A DNA stretch of 64,000 bases, taken from assembly GCA_963575745.1 (NCBI GenBank), contig CAUYUJ010000225.1, forward strand, positions 992,001 through 1,056,000, given 5' to 3'. A program made the position numbers and the translations under genes. This stretch comes from Prorocentrum cordatum (lineage: Eukaryota). Under the pieces are notes generated by a model. That model ran no database searches. It was not told where the DNA came from and saw only the letters and a list, made by a program, of their open reading frames with translations. Positions 13,438-25,532 of the stretch are shown piece by piece; within the stretch, counting starts at the first letter, position 1, and every line of letters begins with the position of its first letter.

Positions 13438-16400
13438 CTAATCGGAAAGCCCCACAGCCTCCGTGGAAGCGGGCCACCGCATTTCGTCAAGCACCTCCGC
13501 GAAGTCGGGCAGCGCTACGGGGGCCCGTGCCAGGTGATCGGCCACGACGTGGTTCACGACGTTGAAGAACTCCTTCGGGCCAGGCGTGGCGTCGATCCTG
13601 CGCGCCCTGAACTCCCGAAAGACGTCGGAGCGGATCGCGACGGCGATCTGCAGCCTGCAGTCGTCTACGCGCTGTTGCACCTCGTGGTGGGTCGCGAAAC
13701 AGTCCTGGCAGTCCGCGGAGGCGCGGTGGTGCACGTTGTGCTCGAGGGAGGACAGGGTGCCATGTAGAAGGACCCAGGCTTTTGCTCGAGGGTGACGACC
13801 CTTCCGCAGGAGGCTGTGCTCGAGGGTGACGCCCCATCATGTGCTCCCAGGACCCCTGGGATCCCCACGTGCACAGGGCGCATCCCGAAAATCGTCACGG
13901 CCGCGTGCCACAGGGAGCATCCGCCATCTGTGTGCCAACCATCGTCCCGTGCGCCTGGTTGCATGAGCTGGATCGATGCGTGCGCGAACGCGTTGTCGGC
14001 GAAGTGCTCTGTCATGATGGGCTTTCCGTTCTGCTCGACGATGGCAGGTGGCATGCCGTCGGCTTTGACAGCCTCGCGCATTTTGTCTCCCAGCTGTTGC
14101 AGCCACGGGCGCATCTTCTTCCGCAGCGCTCGCACGAAGGCGGCCATGTGGGGCGAGGGGGTGATCTGCAAATTCCCGCCCTTGTTGAGGCTGCGGCACT
14201 TCGGGGGGCTTTCGTCGTCCACGATGCCTGCGACCTCTGTTTTCAAGCCCTTTGCCGCCTCGTCGCCTCGGACGCATTCGGCGACGGTTGCCCCCGTGTC
14301 CAGGCGCTCCTCGGCCAAGTTCTGCCAGCACGGGTCTCTCTGCAAGAAGCGGGGCAAGTCTGGGTCCAGCTCCGCCTCCGCTATCGTGCCCGCGCCGTTT
14401 TTTCCCCTGCGCCATGGAGATGCGCACGTCGAGCTGGGCGCCAGCCGGCTGCAGGAAGCGACGAGCCCTTAGACGACTGATTGTCGCTCTGGCGCCAGGG
14501 TGCCAAAGCAGGCAGCTCTCGGCGGCCTTCAACAAGTCTGGGGGGCAGTCTGCAAGTTCGTCAACGGGCCAGCGTCTTCGGCCGTCGAGTGCCTTCGCTG
14601 TTTCAGCCTTTAGCCAATCCTCGCCCGACCGCTTGAACCACTTCTCAAAGAAAGGCAGGTTGTCCAGCCACGGGGCGGGTTCCTGGTCCTCGTACTTGTA
14701 GAGGTCTCCCAGCCCTGGCTCCTTGCCTGGGACCCCCGAGACCCCCCTGCAGAAAACCACGAAGTCTTTCGGGCGCCCCCCCCCCCCCCCCTGGATGCCC
14801 GAGCGCGCCGCAAGGCTCTGGTTGGAACAACGCCTTGCGCGTGCACAACTCCGCCATCAGGCACCCGATGGACCACGCGTGCAGGTCCTCTGAGTAGCGC
14901 TGGTTCCCCAAAAAAACGTCTACCGCTCTGTAAGCGGGCGTGCATGCTCCGAGGTCATCGCAGGTCGGGCTGTAGCGCAGTTTCTTCTTCAACCTGCCGT
15001 GGGGATCCGCCATCTCCACACAGCCGAGGTCGGCGAGCACCACCTGCGGAGAGGGGCGGATGGAGGAGAGGGGAGCGACGGCGACTGAGCTCCCCCTGGA
15101 GGGAAGGGCGGGATAGAGGGCACGACGACGGCATCTCGGGGGAAGGGTGGAACCTCCCTTGTTAGAACTCAGTGTAAGACCTAACATGAAGGCTAGTGAG
15201 ATAAGCTGAGCTCTGACCTCATCTATGAGGGCGTCGTCGGAGCTCTAACATGCTATGTTAGAGCTCCATGGGAGCTCTAACACGCTATGTTAGAGCTCCA
15301 TCGGAGCTCTCACATGCTATGTTAGAGCTCCCTGGGGAGATCTGACATGCTAGGTTAGAGCTCCCATGGAGCTCTAACATGGTAGCACGTGCCATGTCAG
15401 AGCTCCCAGGGAGCTCGAACATACTATGTTAGAGCTCCATGTGAGCCCTGACAACTCGGGGTCTTAGTCGAAGGAACGACGATGATGACGAAGATGACGA
15501 CGACGACGACGAGGATGACGAGGATGACGATGATGACGAGGACGACGAGGACGACGACGACGAGGACGAGGAGGACGACGACGAGGACGACGAGGAAGAC
15601 GAGGATGACGAGGACGACGAGGACGACGACGACGAGGACGAGGAGGACGACGACGAGGACGACGAGGACGACGAGGACGGCGAGGACGACGAGGGCGACG
15701 AGGACGAGGAGGACGAGGAGGAGGAGGACGACGACGACGACGGCGACGACGACGGCGACGACGACGTCGACGACGAGCGCCTCGAAGGAACTCGGGATCT
15801 GCCAGTCGAACTGCAGCTTGCTCTTTGGGCACGGCGCGACGGGGTCCCATTCGCCAAGCTCACGTGATACAAGTGCCTGCTTCTCGAAGCAGCCGCGCGT
15901 CTGCGGCGATCCTCGCATCGGGATGTTCGCGGGCTTGATGTCGCAGTGAATGGGGCCCCTGTCGTGCATGTACTGGTGCCCTTCGAGAACGCTGTTCAGG
16001 ACGTGGCGCATCCCTCTCTGCGCGAAGGAGGACTGCTTGAGGCATTGGCGGGCATCGATCTCGAACAACTCGTACACGAGGCCGATGTGCTCCGTCCATT
16101 TCCAATCTATCCTTGGTACTGACTGTTGCAGTTCTCGGCGTGCTTTCTTCGGGACTGTTGCAGTTCCTGGGCACAACCTCCTGAAAAGGCCCACGTCGAG
16201 TAAGCGAACGAGACGCGGCGTGGCGCGTGACCTCCTCCAGAGCCCCTCCGACGGCATCCGTATTGAACCCCTTCTGCGCATCGCTGGGGTCGCCCCGCAG
16301 CATCTTGATCGCAAGGCCGGTCTTGTCGCCCCGTCGCGTGCCCAAGTAGACCTTGCCGAAAGAGCCCTGACCGAGCTCCCCTCCTTCCCGCTGCACGTCG

Positions 16401-17005
16401 TACTCGAGCGGCAGGTCCTCGCACTTGCCATTCTGTTTGTTTTGGCGCGCGTGCCCGACCGCGTCGAGCTTCAGTGCAAGTAGATTCACACGACCCTCGT
16501 CGTGGGACACCGCTCTTGGACCAGCAGACCCGCGACGAGCAGCTGCCGGTGGCGTAGGCTCCGATACCCCGTCCGCGGCGGGAACGAGCACCTTCCCCAG
16601 CGCGTCCTCTAGGGTTTCTCCTGCGACACCGTGGCCCTCGGCGACAGCTGGCTCATCTTCTGCAGCGTTAGCTGTTCCAGCCCATTTCGCGCACCCTGGC
16701 ACCCCCGCAGGCTTGCTCACATAGTCTTTCCAGTTGGCGCCCAGCGCAATCTTGAGGAGCCGCGTGCAGGTGTCATGCGAAACTGGCTTTGGCCACGTCA
16801 ACACACATTTGTTCTTCGTTACCTTCTCCAGCGTCACTTTTGCGGTCGGGGCCCCTTTTGCCACCCTGGCCATGCTATTGCTGCAGGTCTCCCTCAGCTT
16901 CTTGTTGATCTTGTCGTTGTTCGACCCGTCACCCTGCAGGTAACAGCCCCACTTATAGAAGAGAACCTTGTTCCTGTCGCGACCGCTGCCGCCCGAGGCA
17001 GCCAT
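13438..17005 (-). pseudogene. Ser/Thr protein kinase fused to a C-terminal 2OG-Fe(II) dioxygenase (AlkB-like); one intron, several frameshifts
   Basis: Kinase motifs: LGQGSFGKVY, AIK, HCDIKPAN, ADLG, TPAYRA, WSIGCLMAEL, CLLWHPGARAT. Dioxygenase motifs: GWHTD, AAVTIFGMR, PGSFYM-(G)TLSSLEHNVHH, IAVAIRS. Spread over ORFs 15860-17005, 15424-16431, 14645-15187, 13837-14760, 13665-14357 and 13438-13734. Confidence 0.75.
15044..15780 (-). other. GC-AG intron in the kinase gene
   Basis: Borders GAG|GCGCTC...CCGCAG|GTG. Removal joins SSFE|VVLADLG in frame. The intron is filled with (GAC)n and the GAGCTC satellite. Confidence 0.75.
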
Positions 17006-17579
17006 CGCCGCGGAGGCCCGCTGACGGCAGTGTCGCCCCTGCGGGCCCGCTAAGTTTCAGTGAACCGAGACGCCTGCGGGCCCCTCCTCCGTCCTCCTCC
17101 TCCCCCTGCGGCCGCTCCTCGGAGCGTTGCTTCCCGCGTCTTCCCTGCCCTGCTGCATCCCCATCCTGGCCCGCCCCTACAGAGCGCCGTAAGGATGCAA
17201 GGGCCTTGGCGGCATGGTATCTGTTGTTTATCCAGCTCCCCAGCTTCGGAACGGAAAGCGTAGGATGCAAGGGAACCCTTTGGAAAGGTAAACATCCTGA
17301 CTCTGCGCCCTGCCTGCGCCGCGGGCCAAGTGCGACGGATGGCGACGAAGGGATGACGGAGGACTATGTTCCTATCTGTACGCAAGGTGCCGTGTACTGC
17401 ACAGGCCAGAATGTGGCGCGCGTCCCATTACGAGAACGGAGGCGACGCCGCCAGCGCGCGACTGTTGCAGTCCAAAGTCAAACAAGTGGCAGCTCCACGG
17501 GAACAGGAGCGCGCGGGCTGGCTCCTGCGTCGGAGCTGTCGAATGATGTTGCAGCCGGTGCTCAAGCCTGTGCTCTGTT

Positions 17580-20500
17580 TCAGCCTGTATTCGGCTTCTT
17601 CTTCTTCGAGGCCGAGGAGTCGTCTGAGGACGAGGAGTCTGAGGTCGAGGGCGCGTCGGCGTCGCGCTGCTTACCCTTCTTACCCTTCTTCTTTTCATCC
17701 TTCTTGTCCTTCTTCTTATTATCCTTATTGTCCTTCTTCTTGTCCTCCTTCTTGCCCTCCTTCTTGTTGTCGTCCTTCTCCCCATCATTCGGGCCCTCCT
17801 TCGGGTCCTCCTTTGTCAGGCGCAACTGCACAGAGCGTGCAAGCAGGTCCTCGCTCACGAACACTATGGTGCTGCTCCCGAGCATGGCCTCGACGACACG
17901 ATCCACGAGAAACGGCTTGAGCACCTTCGCGTGGTGGTCGTCGAAAGTCAAGGCCAACACACTGCACCCGCTCTCGATGCAGCCGCGCGTGCCTGCGCCG
18001 CCCGCAGGCGCGCCGAAGTGCACCCACCTGGGCTTCCCCGCCTCGTGGCAGAGCTCCTTGAGGAGCTCGATGTCGCTGTCGTGCGGGAACCACGGCACCT
18101 CCGTTCCCGTGAGCTGGCGGTAGAGCTTCCGCTTCTTCACGGCCGCAGCCACGAGGGCCTTCTCGGGGCGGACGGCTGTTGCAGCTTCGTCGCGCGCCTC
18201 GGCGCCACAATCAGCGCCCTCGTCCTCCTGGAGAGGCCGGCAGTGCCCCCAGCTTCTCTCGCTCCTCGGCCTCCGCCTCGGTGACGCACTGGCCGACAGT
18301 GCTGGCCAAGCTGGTCTCCCGAACCTGCTTGGGCACGAGGGCGTGGCTCTTCTGCGGCAGGACAGGCACGTTCCTCATCACTTCGTTGAAGAGGGGGCTG
18401 CCCGCGTCCACGAACTGCCTGATCTTGGCCATTTGCTTCGGCTTCCTGCCCTTGTAGCAGAGCAACATGACCTCGTGCGAGCGCGAGTTCGCCAGGCCTC
18501 GCTGCCTCTGGAAGTGGCCGTACTGCTGCATCTGCTTCGTGTTGTAGGCGAGGTGGCATGTGACCGTGCGGAACTTGTTTGCGGCGAGGATCTTCTGGAT
18601 CTTCGGGAGGTTCGACTGCGCGCGACCCGTCAGCACCCACAGCACGCCCCGTCCACCGACCATCAGCGGTTCCAGGGACTTCAGGTAGCGTGTGAAATCC
18701 AACTCGTCCAGCGCGGGCTCACGGCGCGTGAGGCCTTGCCCCTCGAAGACGCAGCACAACTTCGCATGCTTGGCATCGTAGAAGCCCATCACTGATGCAT
18801 TATCTGTGAGGTTCTGGTATAGGCGGGTCTTAGTAACCGAAGCGTTGATACCCATGGCGCTGCCCTCCGCCGTGATCATGACGACCCGCGTATCCAGCAC
18901 AGTAGAGCACTGCTGCTCGCACAGCGCCTTGAAGTTATTCGCGTCGCTCGGGGAGACGTCGATCTTCTTCTTGTCCTCGGAGGCCGCCTCCGCTGTTCCA
19001 GCACCGCCCGCTGTTGCAGCACCGACCGTGTCGCTGTCTGCAGGCTTTTGCTCTGACGGTTCCTGGGGGTTTCCCACGAGGGAGTCGTACGCGATTTGGA
19101 ACTTCTCGAAGAACCTCTTGTTCACTCGCACGCTCCTGTGGAACTTGTCCATGTTGTAGCGCTCGGCGCACGGCTGGGTGAGGGCGCCAGAGATCTCCTG
19201 CTTGTAGAAGTCCTGGCCTATTTCGAGGAAGCGTTTCATCGCCAGGCGCAGCGCCTCGGTCGGCAGTGACTGCACCCAGGTCGGGTCCTTGTCAGGCCCC
19301 TCAGTCTTCTCGAAGAACTTGAGCGGCGAGTCGAGGTATTGCCTCGCCATGACCATGACTTTTCTCTCGGCGGCGTTCTCCTGTGTGTCTGTTGTTTCAG
19401 TGCTGTTGCAGCCAGTGCTCCCTTTGAACAAGTCTGGGTACTGTTTCAGAAAGTTCGCCACGTACTTCTTCGCCCACAAGATCTCGCCCACTGCCTGGCC
19501 AATGGTGGAGGCGCTGTACGGGTCCTTCACGCTTTTCCGCCACATCCGCGTCCGTCTTTGCGATGATCGTCCCAAGCTGTGTGGGCCTGTCCAGCAGATT
19601 GTCTCGCCCCCAACGGTTCACGGCGGCATCCAAAAGCAGCAATGCCCCCGGGCACTTTTCGAGAGCGACCCAGTTGACCATGTGCGCCTTGACGGTCCTC
19701 AGGCTGGGGCAGCGCAAAAGTCCACACTTTATGTTTTTTTCTGCAACCACGCCTGCACCTTCTCTGCCGAGGGGTTCCCGCCACCTGGCCCGCCGCTCTT
19801 CAAGATGTCCGCCGCACGCGCCGCGATGCGTATGAGGTTCTGGTTCTCGACCCCGAGAAAATCGCGCAGGCGCTCGTTGCGGGATCTCTGGTTGACAGAC
19901 CACTTGAACTTGTTCTCCTCGGCCTCCTCAGCCGCGCGCCCCGGGATCAGCGCGAACTCGAAGGGCCAATCCAGAATCAAGTCCTCCACCGCTTCTACGG
20001 CCTGCCCGTTGCCTTCCTCTTTCGCCCAGTAGTAGGCCAGCCAGACAGCGTTGACCACGACGTCACTGCCCAAACGCTTGAACTTGCCGATCTCGGGCAC
20101 AGCGGTCTGGTTCACGCTGGTGATCATGATGGGGATCTCGAACCCTTTTCTCAACCTGCTTCGGGATGTTCCAACGCCTGCCACCCTTGACCTGGCTTAG
20201 CGTCTCCACGATGCGCCGCTGTGGGTTACCCTGGGCTGTGCACTCGACGTCGCCAGCGACCTCAAGAGAGTCGTTCGCTGTTTCAGCCGCGTCGTCCGTC
20301 GGCACGTTCCGCATAACATGTCCGCAGCCACGTTCTCCACCTTGCCCACCGTGATATTCTCCTCCAGGAAACTGTTGTCGATGGGCGCCGTATACGCCAT
20401 GTTCAGATAGGCATTCCTGCGCTCGCCCTTCTCGTTACACTCTTCGATGATCCTGGCGAGCTTCTCCTGCAATGGAGTTCTCTCCTTGCTGTCGTTATTC

Positions 20501-20679
20501 GAGATCTTCTTCGACTGGTCCTCCTGCGACTTGTCTGGCTTCTCCCTCTTCGCCTGCGCGGCCCTCTCGGCGACGCGCTTCGGAATGGTCTTGAGAAACC
20601 GTTTGAAGTCAGTCTCGATGAGGGGGGAAACCTTGTCGGCCCAGAAGTCCTTGCACGGCTGCGCCGCGAAGCCGCTCAT
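17580..20679 (-). pseudogene. Large (~1000 aa) frameshifted gene; C-terminal half resembles a divergent beta-class N4C/N6A DNA methyltransferase fold, followed by a K/D-rich tail
   Basis: Chain of overlapping ORFs: 20197-20946, 20063-20314, 19729-20184, 19397-19903, 18211-19575, 17580-18152. Segments FTRYLKSLEPLM..GRGVLWV, HEVMLLCYKG, FPHDSDIELLKEL and VHFGAPAGGAG..GCSVLALTFD follow MTase motif order, but no canonical DPPY is present. Confidence 0.5.
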
Positions 20680-21034
20680 CGCGCTCAAGCGGGCTGGTTC
20701 AGCTGCGGGCTGGCCGTTCCACCTCGCGCGCCTGTTGCAGGTCGGGCTGGAGCCGTGGCGGGAATGGAATTGGGCAATGATGGAAGAAGAGAGGCCGTTG
20801 CAGCCGATGGAACGTCCAGAGGGCGGATAGGAAGCAGAGCGAAAATAGCCGCAACCAATTCTAGACGAACTTACGGATGTCGGAAGCCGCCCATTCCCTC
20901 GAAACAATGCGAAGATTAATGCATTTTCAGCGAGCGAGGGCGCCAAGAGCCTGTCGAGTTCTCCCCAGATGGCCTACCAGCTCTCGATGGGTGGGCCCAG
21001 AGATTTTGCAAGACCCCAACGGCACCAAGAAATT

Positions 21035-21225
21035 CTAACTACCCTAAGGGCCTCAAGAGGAGATCCCAGAAATTCTATCTCCCCACAGGGCCTCAAGAGA
21101 GGTTGCCAGAAATTCCTCGCCCCTCAGGGCGTCAAGAGGAGATCCCAATCTTCAACGCACTCATTTTTTGAGTCCTAGTAGACCCAGAACCCCATAAATC
21201 TGTTATTCTTTCGAGATTCGCTGCC
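21035..21225. repeat. ~190-bp dispersed repeat, copy 1 (copy 2 at 25226-25415)
   Basis: CCCTAAGGGCCTCAAGAGGA...CCCCATAAATCTGTTATTCTTTCG is shared between the two sites. Confidence 0.85.
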
Positions 21226-21671
21226 AGGCCGAAGGTTTCGACTGACTGCGCTAGCCGCTAGAACAGAGAACAGCTACAGCGCGCCCCCCCTCCCCCCCCC
21301 GCCCTCGCGGCGGACAGCGTCGGATAATTCATGTAGTCGGGGGGGGGGGGGCTGGGGGGCCCTGGAGCCATGGGGCGTTGATCCGATCGGCATAAGCCCG
21401 ACACTTGCGCAAACGTCCAGCGGTGCCAGTGCGGGGGGGGGCGGGCGCGCTGCGGGACGGGGGATGAGACGGCACGCATGCTGCAGCTCGCGCGGCCTCG
21501 CATGGAGCGCGCGCGCGGCATCGGGCCGACGGACCGAAAGAAGCAGCCGCGGGGGCGGCGTCCTGCAGGGCACAGAATGCAGATGAGGCCTAAGGATTAA
21601 GGGCGAGTCGGGTCGGGTCGTCGTCGCGTCGTCGTCGTCACGGTCGTCGTCACGGTCGTCAAAATCTCTGA

Positions 21672-22407
21672 TCATATCGCCTCGCCCCCATCTCCCCCCA
21701 CCCCTCCTCCCCCATTTACTCCAACGCGCGGCGCGTGGCGGGCCCTCACCACGCTAGCAGCCCGCAAAATCGCGGTTAGTTTTGGGGTGGTGGCCGACGC
21801 GCATGTGAAGAAGGTTGCGCCTGCCATAGTGATCACTGCGGATCCCTGAACAGGGCGCGCAGAGCTTCCTGGATGCACGCACGCTCAGCAGAAGCCGCCG
21901 CATACGGTGCAGATGTCAACGCTGCGATAGCGGGCCATCGCGCGGCTGCTGCGGTACCCGAGCGCGCCAGCCGCGAGGGGCAAGATCCGCCGCGAGGGGC
22001 AAGATCCGGCGGAAGCGCGGTGCGATCCACGGCGCAGTGGCTGGCCAGCCGAAGTCGTTGGCCTCAGACCCCTCGGGCACCTCCAAGGCTTGCCCCGCTG
22101 GTGCCCGCGGAGGCAGCCCCGGCTGCCCAGGCTGCGCAGCGACAGGAGGAGGCTGCCCAGCGGCAGCGACAGGAAGTGCTGGGGGTGGGAGTGGGAGCGC
22201 GGCCCCGGCGCCACCCGGAGCTGCAGCGGCGCCCACAGGGCCTGCGGCCGCAGCGCCACCACCGCCAGCAGCTGGCACATGAACCGCATGCTGGAACACG
22301 GCGGCGGCCCCCGGGGCGCGCTGGTCGTCGCCGCCGCCGCCCACCACGACTCGCTGGAGCTGGATGCGAATCGTCGTCGACGGCCCGGATTCTGCCATCG
22401 CGGCCAT
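21672..22407 (-). pseudogene. Possible hypothetical Ala/Pro-rich gene, frameshifted
   Basis: ATG-initiated ORF 21916-22407 continued by 21833-22030 and 21672-21878. Same strand as its neighbours. No recognisable domain. Confidence 0.3.
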
Positions 22408-22709
22408 CGCGGCGAGCGTCGACGCCTGAGTCCGAGGCGGGGGGGGGTCGCCTGCTCAGGCTGAGGAGGAATACAGCCGAAACACTGGACCTTCGCACTG
22501 CAGACGGCTGAGGCTGAGGCAGCGACGCCGACGGACGGTGACGACGACGACGGGTCACGGGCCATGGGCCACCGGCCACGGGGGAGACCGTCGGACCGTC
22601 GGGGGGCGCCGCGCGATGACTCATCTGCGAGGGCCCTCCGTCGGGAGGCCCCTCGACCACTCGGCCCTCCCGACGGGAGTCGACAGCCAGGGCCCGAGAA
22701 TCCGATCGT

Positions 22710-23730
22710 ATGTTAGAGCTCCAATGGAGCTCTAACATCGTATGTTAGATTATGTTAGAGCTCCCTGGGAGCTCTAACATCGCATGTTAGAGCTCCGTGG
22801 GAGCTCTGAGGCGGCGGCGGCGGCGGCGGGTAGGTTAGAGCTACCAGGGAGCTCTAACATAGCATGTTAGAGCTCCCAGGGAGCTCTAACATGCTATGTT
22901 AGAGCTCCCATGTTAGAGCTCCCAGGGAGCTCTAAAATACCGAGCTCCAACGGAGCTTTAACGTAGCATGTTAGAGCTCAGTGGGAGCTCCCTGGGAGCT
23001 CTAACATGGTATGTTAGAGCTCCGTGGGAGCTCTAACATGGTTTGTTAGAGCTCCAACTGAGCTCTAACATAGCATGTTCGAATATGTTAGCTCCAGGAG
23101 TTCAAACATGGGTATGTTAGCCTTGAGCTCTAACATAGGATGTTAGAGATCCCTTTGAGCATCGCTCTATCATGGCATGTTAGATTATGTTAGAGCTCCC
23201 TGGGAGCTCTAACATCGCATGTTAGAGCTCCGTGGGAGCTCTGAGGCGGCGGCGGCGGCGGCGGGTAGGTTAGAGCTACCAGGGAGCTCTAACATAGCAT
23301 GTTAGAGCTCCCAGGGAGCTCTAACATGCTATGTTAGAGCTCCCATGTTAGAGCTCCCTGGGAGCTCTAACAAACCAAGCTCCAACGGAGCTCTAACATA
23401 GCATTTCGAGTATGTTAGAGCTCCTGTAGCTCCCTGGGAGCTCTAACATGGTATGTTAGAGCTCCGTGGGAGCTCTAACATGTCATGTTAGAGCCCCCAG
23501 GGAGTTCTAACATGGTATGTTAGCCTTGAGCTCTAACATAGGATGTTGTTAGAGATCCCTTGGAACTCTATCATGGCACGTTAGAGCTCCCATGGAACTC
23601 TAACATGCTATGTAAGAGCTCCTTGGGAGCTCTAACGTGTTATGTTAGATTTCGATGTGAGGGTTGTGAACTCTAACATGCTATGTTAGAGCTCGATGGG
23701 AGCTCTAGCATAGCATGTTAGAGCTCCCAT
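22710..23730. repeat. Palindromic ~32-bp satellite (ATGTTAGAGCTCCC-W-GGGAGCTCTAACAT-nnn)n with an internal ~435-bp duplication
   Basis: Tandem hairpin units. The GAGGCGGCGG..GGGTAGGTTAGAGCTACC landmark occurs at ~22808 and ~23243. Confidence 0.9.
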
Positions 23731-24149
23731 CGAGCCGCCCCCCCCCGTCGTCGTCGTCGCCGTCGTCGTCGTCATCGTCGTCGTCGTCGTCGTCCCATCG
23801 GCCCCCCACCCCCCTCCTTTTAAGCGCACATAAGTAAGGAAACATGTCCGAACACGGCCGCGCTCTCGCACGCACCGTTGCCCTGTCCTCGACCTCGAGA
23901 ACGAAGGCTTCCCCCTTGAAAGGCGGGGGCACAGGGGTGGGGCCCTGTCTTCGACCACGGTGAAACATGGGGGTGGGGCCCTGTCTTCGACCACGGTGAA
24001 ACATGAATAGGGCGCGGCCCTCCCCGCCCTCGCGGGGCGGCCTTGCTCCCTGGGGCGCGGTCGGGGATCAGGGGCGGAGGGGATTCAGGGACTTCTGAAT
24101 TAGAACTAGAAGGTGGGGAGGAGGAGGAGGAAAGGAGGAGGGGGGAGGA

Positions 24150-24443
24150 AGGCTTCACCGCCCTCCACGCACCGCCGACTTTCATCATGTATCCGTCCCG
24201 TGCTGGCGAGCTCTTCACTGAGAAAGTACCCACTCCTGGCAATATGAAGACACGCTTCTCGTTGAGCTCCGTAATGAGTGCTATGGCCAGCGATTGAAGC
24301 ATGGCCGCCGTGGTAACCAAGTTGGCGCCGCTCCCAACCGATATCCTCTTCGTCAACGCCTGAGGGGAGATCGATTTATGGCCGTGAGCGCGGTATACCG
24401 CGATTTCGCTCTTGCCACGGAGGTTCAAGACCTTCGGGGCCAT
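24150..24443 (-). CDS. HU/IHF-like histone-like protein (dinoflagellate HLP type); 3' end truncated or spliced
   Basis: MAPK...ISPQALTKRIS...MLQSLAIALITELNEKRVFILPGVGTFSVKSSPARDG matches the HU pattern (l.l.GfGtF.v..r.AR.G). Confidence 0.7.
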
Positions 24444-24807
24444 CGGAAAGAAAGGCGGCAGGCCCTCGATAGAGCAAACTCGCCAACAACTTCTCGAGCC
24501 AAGCGAGACTACGTACAATCAGATGGTGCGGGCCAGGAAGCTGGAAGACTCCAGAGCGGTTGTGGATACTTCAGGCCAGGGTCAGGATGAGCATTGGAAG
24601 AGCCTACTGGGGGACCCAAGGATGAGCCAGCACAGGAAGGCCTCAGCATAATTGCGCGAGGCTGCTGCGAGAAGCCTGATGGGGACTGTGACAAGGGAAT
24701 GCGGCGGCACGCCGCTGTGAGAAGACTTATACGACAACGCTACCCGTGTGAGAAGCTACTGCCGCAGGCAGCGGCCCGCGTGAGGTCACTCGGTCATCCT
24801 TCTTCGT

Positions 24808-24950
24808 ATGGTAGCTTGGTTTCTTATGGTAGTTTGGTTTCTTATGGTAGCTGGGTTTCTTAGGGTAGCTTGGCTTCTCATGGTAGTTTGGTCTCTTATG
24901 GTAGCTGGGTTTCTTATGGTAGAGGCCTATCATGGTAGCTTGGTTTCTTT
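24808..24950. repeat. 18-bp tandem repeat (ATGGTAGCTTGGTTTCTT), about 8 copies
   Basis: Directly visible. Confidence 0.9.
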
Positions 24951-24974
24951 ATCTGGCATCTGTCCTGACATGTT

Positions 24975-25225
24975 CGAGCCCCCACGGAGCTCTAACATGC
25001 GATGTTAGAGCTCCCAGGGAGCTCTAACATAATCTAACATGCTATGTTAGAGCTCCCTTGGAGCTCTAACATACGATGTTAGAGCCCCCAGGGAACTCTC
25101 ACATCATCTAACATGCTATGTTAGAGCTCCCAGGGAACTCTAACATAATCTAACAACATGCTATGACAGAGCTCCGTTGGAGCTCTAACATGTCATGTTA
25201 CAGCTCCCTGGAGCTCTAACATCAT
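24975..25225. repeat. GAGCTC palindromic satellite block
   Basis: Same unit as 22710-23730. Confidence 0.9.
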
Positions 25226-25532
25226 CTAACCACCCTAAGGGCCTCAAGAGGATATCCCAGAAATTCTATCTCCCCACAGGGCCTCAAGAGAGATTGCCAG
25301 AAATTCCTCGCCCCTCAGGGCGTCAAGAGGAGATCCCAATCTTCAACGCACTCATTTTTTCAGTCCTACTAGATGCAGAACCCCATAAATCTGTTATTCT
25401 TTCGAATTCGTTGGCCCGCTGCACGGGCGCACCGCGTGAGCGCGGCGAAGGAGCCAGCACGCGAGCCAGGCTGCGCGCCTCCGACATCGGCTACCAGACG
25501 CCCATGCGAGGTCACTTGTCCTGCTGCTGAGC

